Below the pieces are notes generated by a model, which was given only the letters and a program-made list of their open reading frames with translations, was not told where the DNA came from and ran no database searches. From NCBI GenBank assembly GCA_049517415.1, contig JBEKSC010000016.1:1-64000 (forward strand): 64,000 nucleotides of DNA. The letters are read 5' to 3'. The DNA comes from Candidatus Bathyarchaeia archaeon (GTDB taxonomy: Archaea > Thermoproteota > Bathyarchaeia > 40CM-2-53-6). The position numbers and the translations under genes were made by a program. Shown in pieces: positions 9,987-19,901 of this stretch (position 1 is the first letter of the stretch; each line of letters opens with the position of its first letter).

Positions 9987-10408
9987 AGAACAGACCGATT
10001 GAATGGCCAAGAATTCAGTCAACGGAAGAAATCATGACTGTCTCAAGCGCAAGACCTCTGGAGGAGGCATTGTACCCACGGTATTGGTGGGTACAAATCT
10101 CACCAGCCCCACCAATATCGGTGGTTTCAAGCAACGACCATGCATCAGTTCACCGAACATCGTGTCTTGGTTCTTGGTCGATAGCAAATTGCTTTCAAGT
10201 TCAGTTAGGGTCTCGGCATTTATTCTCCACGCAAAGTGAGCGCCTCGCCTTTCGATCCAAGTTAGGAGGTCAACGGTTTGGGCCGGAAGGTATGCAGTTA
10301 ATATTTTAAGCGAAAGCATACTGGAAAAAAGCCGAGACATACGATAACTTCCGTAAACTGATCTTCCCGAAAGATTTCTTCGCACTCGACGATAAGGTCG
10401 ATATCGTC

Positions 10409-11347
10409 TTGTTGATCAATGTCACAAATGTGATGCCAATTCCTGAAGAACGTTTGGTGTTGTTATCATTATGCAGAGAGAAAATTAAGGAAAAGGGAAT
10501 TGCGTTCTGGTACAATTGGCGAGACCCAACCGAATTCAAGGCTAGAATGCGAATCAACGATGGCTTCTTCAAGGGGGTCGACAGACAGGCGAAGACTTTT
10601 CATGGAGAATGGGATCGGGCTTGGGTTTACAATGCTATGAACTCCTCTGGCTTCTCCCGAGATGAAGACATTATCTTGCCTAACGTGGGGAACAATCAAG
10701 CATACGTCTTCAGAGCGAATAGGCCGATCCTTCTAACGAGCTTTCTCGATTTGGATGCGATCAAGAGAGGCGGTAAGAACAGGAACGCGGACGACAGGAT
10801 AGCAGAGACTGGTCCGATTAATTTCCTTGATACTTTCATGAACGAGCTCCAAGCCATTGAGACAGGGAAAGCAGAACAGGCAAAATTCCATCACTTATCT
10901 GAGAGATTAATCTCCAACATCTTCGATCATCAGCTGAGAGACCCCGATATTGAGCGCGAAATCAACGAGGCCAGAGGATTTATCGACATATTATATCACA
11001 ATAGGAATCAGCCGGGGTTTTTCAAAGACTTGAGTGATTTGCGAAAGGTGCTGTGCGCTACTGTCTCGGTTGAATGCAAGAACTATGCAGATGACGTGGG
11101 CAATCCGGAATATGACCAACTTGCTGGAAGACTAAACGATGATAGAGGTAATTTCGGCCTCTTGGTTTGTAGAAGTATATCTAATCGAGAATTAGCTATT
11201 GGCCACTGCAGAGATCGTCTAAAAGACAAAAAGTACATTATCGTATTGGACGATCACGATATGCTGACGTTAGCTCGACATAAGCAACAATCGGATCATG
11301 ACGTAGACAGGTTTATGGAACGCAAATTAGCTGAAGTAGTCAATTAA
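10409..11347 (+). pseudogene. restriction endonuclease-like PD-(D/E)xK protein, probably with a broken N-terminus
   Basis: C-terminal GFIDI...VECKNY...NPEYDQL; the same frame continues upstream through a single TAA at 10307-10309 into ORF 9983..10309. Confidence 0.6.
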
Positions 11348-11539
11348 CGAAAGTTAGTAGTCCCGCGATTGCAGTTGGTTCATGAAATCCTTCAGCCGGT
11401 AATCGACGAACTCACGATGAGGTGGGCGCAGTAGAGTTTCGGTTTTCTTCGATCAATGAGTCGATGGAGGATGACGAACATCCACTAAAAGGTGGCGGTA
11501 GAACTGAATTGAGAGACTTGCACTTCTCGAAGCTAGCTA

Positions 11540-12040
11540 TTGATGTACATGCGAGTCGGCGGGCCATTTATTGACTCCCCACAGGACCTCGGCAGATGGA
11601 TTCAACTGCTCGAACACCTGCTTACCATTGAGCAGAAAACTGGAGTCATGATTAAACAACCTCGTTCGGCAAGCTTATGGGATCTCGAAAACGCCAAGAG
11701 ACTTTCGGCGCTCCTAACAGGCAACAAGACTCAAGTGGACAAGTTCGAATGCACTATCAATCTTACAAAGGATGGTGCAAGAAAAATGCTTGATTCCTTA
11801 ACGAGCCTTGGATTTGTCCTCAATGTCACTTTGAGGATCCACAATTTCAAAATGAAGCTCTTCTCGTACGAGTTCGATTTGGGAACTGTCAGAGTGGAGA
11901 TGCCTCAGGCATGTGCGGTCGAAGATTTGGCCAGTCTCAGGAAACAGTACGATGAGTTAACGGTCTCTCAATCCTTACGAATCAGACTCACTTCGTGTGA
12001 CGACAAGAATCCAGTCTTGACTAAAGAGTTTCCTGCCTAG
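11540..12040 (+). CDS. hypothetical protein
   Basis: 166-aa ORF, no recognised motif; may be a C-terminal remnant. Confidence 0.5.
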   Translation: MMYMRVGGPFIDSPQDLGRWIQLLEHLLTIEQKTGVMIKQPRSASLWDLENAKRLSALLTGNKTQVDKFECTINLTKDGARKMLDSLTSLGFVLNVTLRIHNFKMKLFSYEFDLGTVRVEMPQACAVEDLASLRKQYDELTVSQSLRIRLTSCDDKNPVLTKEFPA

Positions 12041-12146
12041 GACTAGGAAGGTTTCATAAGGATAGTCTTCCACCGTCAAGGGGCTGGGATAGCTCCTGAG
12101 ACTTGCCAATGAAAAGTCTCTAGAACTGAATATCACTCACGAGATT

Positions 12147-12878
12147 TTGTCCAATCTTGGCATAGTAGCGATCGGGTTTACTCATCGTGGTGAGCGCGAT
12201 ACGGGGGCGGACATCTTAATTCCGTTGGGTCATCCTAGAATTTTGCAATTTAAGGCCTCTCGAAGCGGGTTGGATGGCAGCCAATGTCGGTTTAGAATTA
12301 ACACCAATGGTGTTCCCAACCGTGGTATTCTGCCGAATCAACATTTCGCATTAGATGCCATAGGACGCTCAGGGCTTTGCGATACGGTCTACGTATTCCC
12401 TTTGATCCATTCTGACAGCTACTTTGTTTCTAACATGGGTCAACTGCTACGTGACACCATCATTGTTGACGCTGTTGCAATAACCAATTCAGTCTCGCAT
12501 CGCTCCGCAGGTTGGTTTTCCGTGCCACATTCAATCACGGTTGATATCAGAAATAACTTCCATGTAAGATCTAACGTCGAAGGACGTGGGAGTGGTGTTT
12601 CAGCGAAGGATTTTCTAGCCAAAATGAAACAAGAGATCGAAAAGGCTCCGACCGAAAAGACTCCGCGAGATAAGCTGGAGCACGAAACTATCACTGAGAC
12701 AGTCCGAGAATTGGAGTCCGCAGTAAGAGAAGCGGGGGTCGTAGGCAGCTCAGAGCACACACTTTCCTTTGTTGCTTGGAACGCGACAAAGGAGACGAGA
12801 GTGGTCATGTCGCTACCAGTGCGGCTCAAAGGATTAAAAGAGAAGAGAGAGCCTAAACTGCGCACGCTGGGCAAATGA
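12147..12878 (+). CDS. putative PD-(D/E)xK-like nuclease
   Basis: Frame is open upstream (NEKSLELNITHEIL), then GADILI...LQFKA (D...QxK); true start probably ~12097. Confidence 0.55.
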   Translation: MSNLGIVAIGFTHRGERDTGADILIPLGHPRILQFKASRSGLDGSQCRFRINTNGVPNRGILPNQHFALDAIGRSGLCDTVYVFPLIHSDSYFVSNMGQLLRDTIIVDAVAITNSVSHRSAGWFSVPHSITVDIRNNFHVRSNVEGRGSGVSAKDFLAKMKQEIEKAPTEKTPRDKLEHETITETVRELESAVREAGVVGSSEHTLSFVAWNATKETRVVMSLPVRLKGLKEKREPKLRTLGK

Positions 12879-13075
12879 GTCTTCGAGCACTGCGAGTCGC
12901 ATTCTTTTTGTTTGGGCTCTCAAAAGCGAAAAGGGCTAGCCTTGCCATAGGTTCCGTTTTTAGGTTGAACAAAAATCAAATCCGATAATGCGAAGTACTA
13001 CGAACAATCAACGTAGCCGTAGGCTATTCAGGTACAGGGTCGCCCACTAAGTGCTGATTAGGCGGTGAAGCAAGG

Positions 13076-13810
13076 TTGACATCTCCGAGAACCCTCGGTG
13101 TGAATTTCATCTTCCTCGGAGCCGCAACTATAGCTCGTCAACAGCTTCAAAATGCGCGTGACTTATCGCATCGGAAAATGCATCAGGACGAATACAAAGC
13201 GGATCTCGAACGTTATGGCGGCGAATTGACGCTCGCGGAGGCAAATAGGCGATTGGCGGCGGACGCGAATGAGATTCGAGAGTTTCTTGAAGTTCAACAA
13301 TTAGATGGTCCCCGGGGTTCAGAGGCGAGGCAATTGACCCTAGATCCACGATGGGACCACAATGATCCCAACTCTAAGCGCCTCTTTGAAAGAAAACTAA
13401 TCGAGGATTCGCCCGTGTCGAATTACTTGGAGTTCGGTGAAGTCGCACAACTAATATACGGAGACAAACTGCCGACTGCTCGCCTATGGGTTCACTGGAG
13501 AGACTATGTGATAGGCTGCGTGCCAGATGGCGTTGCAACCAACTACGTGTACGAGTTCCGAGCAACCACCAAAATGAGTTCGCAAACAGAGGAGCAAGCA
13601 CTAAGACAAGCTCACCTATACTCGTATGCCTTCAAACGACCAAGATTCAAAGTGCAGATCGCACAATTCAGGCTTCCGAGAAATCCATTTCCACTCAAAG
13701 TTAGAGACCTGCCGAAACCTGAGATTTCAACTACCCTCAAGAATTCGACAGAGGAAGATTTTACGAGAATTATGTCAGAATTCGACAAAGCGTTTCGTGG
13801 CGCGCAGTAA
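13076..13810 (+). CDS. Cas4/RecB-like PD-(D/E)xK nuclease, no Fe-S cysteines
   Basis: GCVPDG...VYEFRAT...QAHLY; the catalytic Lys position is Arg; stop is 1 nt before the helicase ATG. Confidence 0.6.
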   Translation: MTSPRTLGVNFIFLGAATIARQQLQNARDLSHRKMHQDEYKADLERYGGELTLAEANRRLAADANEIREFLEVQQLDGPRGSEARQLTLDPRWDHNDPNSKRLFERKLIEDSPVSNYLEFGEVAQLIYGDKLPTARLWVHWRDYVIGCVPDGVATNYVYEFRATTKMSSQTEEQALRQAHLYSYAFKRPRFKVQIAQFRLPRNPFPLKVRDLPKPEISTTLKNSTEEDFTRIMSEFDKAFRGAQ

Positions 13811-13811
13811 T

Positions 13812-16800
13812 ATGAACCAATCTTCCGGCAATTCCAGTAGGGGACGCCTATGGACACCATCCGGAACTCATTCGCAATCATGGAAGTGTCAGAAATGTGG
13901 TTTTGTAGTTGTCGTAAAACCAACTCGTCCACTACGTTTCTGCCCTAAATGCGGTGTCCCGATGGGATCGGGCAGAACAGAAAGTCGAAGGGACGAGACG
14001 AAACCGCCCGGCAAAGAACCAACGGGAGACGCATTGAGTAGCAATCTTGTGGCTGCCCTCAACGATGAAATTGAACACATAAAGAAGGAAGGAGGCAGCC
14101 GTTCCTACACAATCAAGAACGGTGAGAGAATTTCAGAGATTGCGGGCAGATTCGTCTACAGCTTCGACTTCGATGGCGACCGATTAGAGACTGACGTTCC
14201 TGTTCAGTTGCAAATTGGCGATTCGCAGGAACGTATCCAGGCAGATGTCGTATCAGTCGTCGGACAAGAGATAATGCTGGCAGTCAAGTCAACACTACCC
14301 GAAAATATTCCGAAAGCCAGAATGTTTGCCGACCCACTCTTCATCCTCGAACGACTAAGAGACTGCCTCAAATCCCCACCTCAAAACTTCAACCATATAC
14401 TTGCACACAAACTCTTCCGTACAGAAAATCAGCCGAACCTCGGCCGAGTACGCACCAAAGTAAGCGGTAACCTAAACGAATTCCAGACCTCCGCCGTGGA
14501 ACGTTGTCTCGGCAGCGAAGTATTCTTCATCTGGGGCCCACCGGGCACAGGAAAGACCACCACCATCTCAACAATCATAAGTCATGCCTTCGCAGACGGA
14601 AAGAACATTCTCATTTCCTCAAACACCAACGTAGCCATTGACAACGCCATCTCAGGTGCAGAGAAATCAATTCGAGAGAAGTCAGGCTACCAACCCGGCG
14701 ACATCGTCAGAGTGGGCGTGCCCCAAGCCTACGTTCCAGACAGCGTCTTACCGCAACAGATCGCGAAGGAAAAACAAGAACAAATCGATAGAGAGATTCA
14801 GGAACTAGAAAAAGCGAACAAAACTATTCACAGTCAAATCCAGAGCTTTCGAGAGAAGATCAGGATACTTGACGAGTGCGACCGCCTCACCGCCCTGGAA
14901 AAAAACCAACGCGAACAGCTAAGCCAAACCAAAGCTCAACTGCAAGACCTGGACCGGCAAGAAAGCACCAAGCGAGATCAACTAAACAAAGCACGGTCTA
15001 TGTCCTCCATCGGCCGAAAACTCCGCCGCCTAGAAGTCGACGAAATCGCAATAGCGCTCAACAAGATATCCACTCGACGGCAAAGTGTTCAAACCCAGTT
15101 TGCCTCTGATGAACGTCAATATCGCTATACATGTACCGTTTTGCAGCCAGTTCAGCTGAAAGCTGCTGATGTCATCGGAGACTATTTCGTTCAATACGGG
15201 ACAGAAGGAAACAAGACCGCATTAACAGACCACCTCAACGAGGCTTTAACAAGTTTGGAGGCAAACACGGCTCGCATTAGCGAGCTGGAAAAGGCGAAGA
15301 GCAGTATTGAGAAGGAGATCATTGCCAAGGCAAAGGTGATTGGGACAACTCTTGCTAAGACCTGGTTGACAGCGGAGATAATGACTCGAAAATTCGATTT
15401 GGTCGTAGTCGACGAGGCTAGTATGGCAACGCTGCCAATGCTCTACTTTGTTGCGGGCCTATCCAGTGGTCGAATTCTGATTGTTGGTGATTTCAAGCAG
15501 ATTCCAGCCATCGTTATGGCGGAGACGGACTATGCCAAACATTGGCTGAGGCGGGATATCTTTCAGGTTGTAGGTGTCACCGATCTAGAGGCAGGTACGG
15601 ATCTGTGTGAAATGCTCAGAATCCAATACCGAATGAACCCTGACATCTCAAAAATAGTGAGCACGCGCATCTACGGAGGGCACCTCCAGGATCACGGAAG
15701 TGTCAAACGTAGTCCGAACGTTGATAGACCGCCGGGAGCTGGCTTCTCACTAATCCTTCTGGACACGTCGAATTTGAATCCGTGGTCAATGACGCATGAC
15801 GAGTCATATTCCCGCATAAATCTGATTCATGCGGAATTGGCTGTTTACATGGCTAAGGAGGCCATAAAGAATGGGTTCACGAAGATCGGAATAATAACCC
15901 CCTACCGTGCCCAAGCGAGAATTCTTGGGAAGAGAATCGAAGATTCGAACCTCAGAAAATATGTTGAGGTGGCTACGGTTCATCGATTTCAAGGGAGAGA
16001 GAAGGAGGTAATTATCTTTGATGTCTCGGACAGCAAACCCTACCATCCAAGTCGGTTGGTCAGCGTCAAGAACAGCGAAGAGAACCAAAGTGAACGGCTG
16101 CTGAACGTTGCGGTTTCACGAGCACAAGATAAACTGATCCTAATCGGTAATCTCAGTTACCTGTCGAAAGAGCTGAGTTCAGATGAACTCCTTCCCAAGA
16201 TAATCGGAGACTGCAGCGAGAACGGAATTCAACTCATGGGCGAACAATTCTTAACTTACCCGAGCGAAAGCAGTGAACAAACAGACTCCCAAGAAGGCAT
16301 TCTAACCTACAAGGCTGAAGACTTCTACCCAGCACTCGAATCCGACCTGACCAACGCAAAGGAAGACATCGCCATCGTTTCGCCGTTCGTCACCGCACGA
16401 AGGGTCGCGAAACTCGAAGAAACATTTACCGCAGCCATCAAACGCGGAGTAAACGTAAGGATTCTCACCAAACCACCCGACAAACAATTCGACAGCGAAC
16501 CTCTGAAAAGATCAGCAACGGAAGGAATTCAAATCCTCAAAGATATTGGCGCGCGAATGGAACTTAATCCGAGAACGCATGAAAAGATCTGTGTCATCGA
16601 TAATTCGATTGTCTGGCATGGGAGCTTGAACATTCTCTCACAGTACGAGTCATCTGAGTCGATGATGCGTTTTGTTGGAGAGAATACTGCGCGTCAATTG
16701 TTAAATGATGTAGGCCTGAAAGCCGAAAGCCTGCTAAAGCCGGTGTCATTTGCCGCCATACATGATGGGATGAGAGCCGTTACTGCGACTGGAAAAATCG

Positions 16801-17186
16801 TTCGAATGGGTCCAGTGCAGTTTCGCAGGAAACGTGATGGCACTATGCTGAGATTCGCAGAAGCAGTGCTCCAAGCGGAAGGAAACGAGTGCAATCTGAT
16901 TCTATGGGGATCAGAAACCGATCGTGTGAAGGTAGGAGATGATATTCGGATAGTCAACGGCTATACGCGCGCATACAATGGCAAGGTATCTTTACAATCT
17001 GGTAAGTTTGGCAAGCTCGAAGTGCTGCAGCCCATCAAAGAGAGAGTGCGAGAGGAAGAAGACATTGATGATATTCCCGAAAAAGTTACGGTTGAATCCA
17101 AGGGCGTATGCCGACATTGCGGAAGAACTATCTTGGCCGGATCAGTAAGTGAACACGAGACCAAATGTGCCGCCCCCAGATCATGA
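13812..17186 (+). CDS. Zn-ribbon - UPF1/DNA2-like SF1 helicase (coiled-coil insert) - PLD nuclease - SSB-like OB fold - Zn finger
   Basis: GPPGTGKT, DEASM, GDFKQ, QYRM, TPYRAQ, TVHRFQGRE, NVAVSRA; PLD HEKICVID...GSLN; OB-like LILWG...VKVGDDIRIVNGY; CQKC/CPKC and CRHC...HETKC. Confidence 0.88.
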   Translation: MNQSSGNSSRGRLWTPSGTHSQSWKCQKCGFVVVVKPTRPLRFCPKCGVPMGSGRTESRRDETKPPGKEPTGDALSSNLVAALNDEIEHIKKEGGSRSYTIKNGERISEIAGRFVYSFDFDGDRLETDVPVQLQIGDSQERIQADVVSVVGQEIMLAVKSTLPENIPKARMFADPLFILERLRDCLKSPPQNFNHILAHKLFRTENQPNLGRVRTKVSGNLNEFQTSAVERCLGSEVFFIWGPPGTGKTTTISTIISHAFADGKNILISSNTNVAIDNAISGAEKSIREKSGYQPGDIVRVGVPQAYVPDSVLPQQIAKEKQEQIDREIQELEKANKTIHSQIQSFREKIRILDECDRLTALEKNQREQLSQTKAQLQDLDRQESTKRDQLNKARSMSSIGRKLRRLEVDEIAIALNKISTRRQSVQTQFASDERQYRYTCTVLQPVQLKAADVIGDYFVQYGTEGNKTALTDHLNEALTSLEANTARISELEKAKSSIEKEIIAKAKVIGTTLAKTWLTAEIMTRKFDLVVVDEASMATLPMLYFVAGLSSGRILIVGDFKQIPAIVMAETDYAKHWLRRDIFQVVGVTDLEAGTDLCEMLRIQYRMNPDISKIVSTRIYGGHLQDHGSVKRSPNVDRPPGAGFSLILLDTSNLNPWSMTHDESYSRINLIHAELAVYMAKEAIKNGFTKIGIITPYRAQARILGKRIEDSNLRKYVEVATVHRFQGREKEVIIFDVSDSKPYHPSRLVSVKNSEENQSERLLNVAVSRAQDKLILIGNLSYLSKELSSDELLPKIIGDCSENGIQLMGEQFLTYPSESSEQTDSQEGILTYKAEDFYPALESDLTNAKEDIAIVSPFVTARRVAKLEETFTAAIKRGVNVRILTKPPDKQFDSEPLKRSATEGIQILKDIGARMELNPRTHEKICVIDNSIVWHGSLNILSQYESSESMMRFVGENTARQLLNDVGLKAESLLKPVSFAAIHDGMRAVTATGKIVRMGPVQFRRKRDGTMLRFAEAVLQAEGNECNLILWGSETDRVKVGDDIRIVNGYTRAYNGKVSLQSGKFGKLEVLQPIKERVREEEDIDDIPEKVTVESKGVCRHCGRTILAGSVSEHETKCAAPRS

Positions 17187-17293
17187 ACTCCTGAACAAAG
17201 AGTTGCAGTCCTATCGACAGTTGTCTTCGAAGAAAAGTGTGGCGCACACGATTATAGCGACAGATTTTCACTCAAGCGTGAGGTTAGCTATCA

Positions 17294-17668
17294 TTGACTG
17301 TGACTAAGCAGCTATCGAAAGCCAAATTCATCAGTCTTGAAACATACAAGAGAAACGGCGAAGCAGTTAGGACTCCCGTTTGGTTTGTAGAAGAAAACGG
17401 CCTGCTTTATTTTCATTCACCGGCAAAATCTTGGAAAGTGAAGAGGCTTCAAAGGAACCCTGTCGTTCGTTTAGCACCTTGTGCAAGGTTCGGCAGAATA
17501 GAGGGGGACTGGCTCAAGGGAAAAGCTACTCGAATTGATGGAGAGGAAGATACCGAAAGAATCGTCAAGCTAGTAAACTCCTCGCGGTCGGGAGGGGATA
17601 GAATTCTTGGCTTGTTCGAGAAGAAGAATAGAGTTGCTTTCTCAATCAAGTTGGACGATGAAATGTAA
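17294..17668 (+). CDS. PPOX-class F420-dependent oxidoreductase
   Basis: ISLETYKRNGEAVRTPVWF, WKVKRLQRNPVVRLAPC. Confidence 0.88.
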   Translation: MTVTKQLSKAKFISLETYKRNGEAVRTPVWFVEENGLLYFHSPAKSWKVKRLQRNPVVRLAPCARFGRIEGDWLKGKATRIDGEEDTERIVKLVNSSRSGGDRILGLFEKKNRVAFSIKLDDEM

Positions 17669-17781
17669 TGTTGAGTGATATCTATAGTAGGAGATCCCGA
17701 TACATTAGATTGCTAAAGCGTATCTGTCTGTTTGTAGGGACCACCTACTTGGCGCGTTGTTGACAGATAGATGATTCATCC

Positions 17782-18927
17782 TTGGTTTCGCGAGCTCTCG
17801 TATACGGGATCGATTACACAATCTGGGCGGATCATATAGATAGGACCATGCTTATTCGCGCCCGAAGGAAAGGGAAGATTAAGTGCTTTTGCGGGAAGCA
17901 CCTCACTTTCGTTGACTCCACCATCAGAATACCTCATTTTAGGCATCTGAAGGGAAACTGCTCAATCATAGGTGTAGAAAGAGACACCGAAACGCACAAC
18001 GAAGGCTTGGAGTATGTTGGACAGATTCTAAAGAACAAGCTAAAAGACATGGACGTGGAAAAGGAGACTACATTCAAAATTCATGGAGGAAAAAGGCGCA
18101 CAGATATCTTCGTGAAGTTCAAAGGCGACACTACAATCTGCTATGAACTTCAGTGCTCTCCAATCTCCGAAAATGAATTCGTAAACAGAACAATCGCCTA
18201 TGATTCACTAGGTCATGAACTCGTCTGGATCTTCGGCCCCGAAGCCAGTGGCCTAAGATACCCGCCGTCTGATTTCACCAAGGACATATCTAAGGGTTCG
18301 AGGATTTGCATTAAATTCGTCGCTCTCTCTGCCCTAAAAGAATCTGGCTATCTTGCGCTCTACTCTCCGACTCAACAGGAAAGACTGTGGATAGCTTACT
18401 GTGCTGATGGAGTTTATGATAGGACACGCGACATTACGTTGACTAGAGGCGAAAAACAATTCGTAGTTAGCTTGCCTGAAGTAGAACTTACTACATTCCC
18501 TCTGGAGTTCGGGCAAGATGGCCTTCCCTACGCTCGAAACTTTCCTCGCCAACAAATCGATGTACGAAATGGAAATTCAGCAAAGATCGAAAAACTTCGG
18601 GCCGTCTATGCTAGAGAACTGCACCTCAACGAGCATACAACTCGCCCCAAGCCAACGCGTCCACCCAAGCAACGACCTAAGAAACCATCAACGGAGAAGA
18701 AAACTTGGATCACCAAGAATGGGCCAATCTGCATCGTATGTGGGTCAGCTATCCGAGATCAGCACTACCATAAATGTGTGGAATGTGGCAGCATATTGGA
18801 TGACAAATGCACTAGGATAATTGAGAAGGCTCTGCACGAAGAGGAACACAATACTACTGGTTGGGTGCGGCATTGCGAATGGGTCAAGATACTCCATTTA
18901 GAAAGAGGAAACGAGAAGAACTCATAA
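17782..18927 (+). CDS. CoiA-like nuclease with a C-terminal Zn finger
   Basis: CFCG...IPHFRH, ETH, RRTDI...ELQCSPIS...RT..Y...LVWI; C-terminal CIVC/CVEC. Confidence 0.8.
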   Translation: MVSRALVYGIDYTIWADHIDRTMLIRARRKGKIKCFCGKHLTFVDSTIRIPHFRHLKGNCSIIGVERDTETHNEGLEYVGQILKNKLKDMDVEKETTFKIHGGKRRTDIFVKFKGDTTICYELQCSPISENEFVNRTIAYDSLGHELVWIFGPEASGLRYPPSDFTKDISKGSRICIKFVALSALKESGYLALYSPTQQERLWIAYCADGVYDRTRDITLTRGEKQFVVSLPEVELTTFPLEFGQDGLPYARNFPRQQIDVRNGNSAKIEKLRAVYARELHLNEHTTRPKPTRPPKQRPKKPSTEKKTWITKNGPICIVCGSAIRDQHYHKCVECGSILDDKCTRIIEKALHEEEHNTTGWVRHCEWVKILHLERGNEKNS

Positions 18928-19007
18928 CCTCCACAAAGCTGAGACAAATTGAGAAACACGATCAAACATGGTCTGGAGCAAGTGGAATCGAATCGAGGGG
19001 CTGGCGA

Positions 19008-19499
19008 TCAATCTCGCATGTGCTCTATTATCTGAAGGGCTCTGTAGAACGGTTCTCCGCTCGTTGAGTCGTCGTGTCTAGCCATTTTCTGAAGCTCTTC
19101 AACTCTCTTCGTGTATTCTGAGTTCACTATTAGCTCAACTTTTGGTTTGATCCTCGTTTCAATTGCTTGAAGCTGTGCCATTCTCTTTCCGGCCGGTACG
19201 TAGGGCGACCAGAACATGTATTTCGGAGTAAAGTCACGCGACCATTGCCTACCATACTGAACGTTATTTTCCAATTGCTTGCGTATCTTTTCTCCGGTTA
19301 CGTCAGCTCCTCCTTTGCTTATCAGAAGACCTCCAATGTGGGTCTTCACTTCGCAAATGTAGACAACTCGATGTCGCAGGTCAATGCCGACCACATCCAC
19401 CTCACTCTGTTTTCCCTGTCGCACATTGTACATAACGTGTTGGCAACCCTTCACCAGCTTGAGATAAGCGCCAACGACATATTCTCCCATTTCCGGCAT
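19008..19499 (-). CDS. PD-(D/E)xK nuclease
   Basis: GEYVVGAYL, EVDVVGID...CEVKTH. Confidence 0.8.
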   Translation of the reverse strand: MPEMGEYVVGAYLKLVKGCQHVMYNVRQGKQSEVDVVGIDLRHRVVYICEVKTHIGGLLISKGGADVTGEKIRKQLENNVQYGRQWSRDFTPKYMFWSPYVPAGKRMAQLQAIETRIKPKVELIVNSEYTKRVEELQKMARHDDSTSGEPFYRALQIIEHMRD

Positions 19500-19514
19500 A
19501 ATCTTCGCCTGATT

Positions 19515-19901
19515 TCATTGGTTCAAAACGCCATCAAAGTATGCGAAATCCTGGGGCGGTTTGAAATCGAAAAACACTTCGAACGGATTCATCGGTGGGT
19601 TGAGTCGAAAAACTTCATCGATCTCGAAGGCATGAATGACGTTCCTGCCCCTACAGTATGAAAGATATTCCTCTTTCCGGATACCTCCAGAATCCTTGCA
19701 CTTCTCCCAGATTTCGTAAGGAGACCCAGAGTGTATCTTTCTGACGCTAAACCAACCTATGATTCTCTTCGACGGAGTGCACTCATAGACGAAGACCTTG
19801 CCAACCGGTTCCTTTGGTTTCCGCCTTCTGAACTCGTATCTTTTCTCTCCCGAGAAAATCTTTGAAGCGAACTCAGGCCTAATCGACAACAACACGTTCA
19901 T
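19515..19901 (-). CDS. ASCH domain protein
   Basis: LLSIRPEFASKIFSGEKRYEFRR, PPQDFAY. Confidence 0.92.
   Translation of the reverse strand: MNVLLSIRPEFASKIFSGEKRYEFRRRKPKEPVGKVFVYECTPSKRIIGWFSVRKIHSGSPYEIWEKCKDSGGIRKEEYLSYCRGRNVIHAFEIDEVFRLNPPMNPFEVFFDFKPPQDFAYFDGVLNQ

Noticed and set aside
13076..13810. CRISPR-associated Cas4
   Set aside because: No Fe-S cysteine cluster, and no cas1/cas2 or array nearby.
13626..13811. Longer N-terminus for the helicase
   Set aside because: Overlaps the upstream nuclease gene by 185 nt; ATG 13812 directly after its stop is more plausible.
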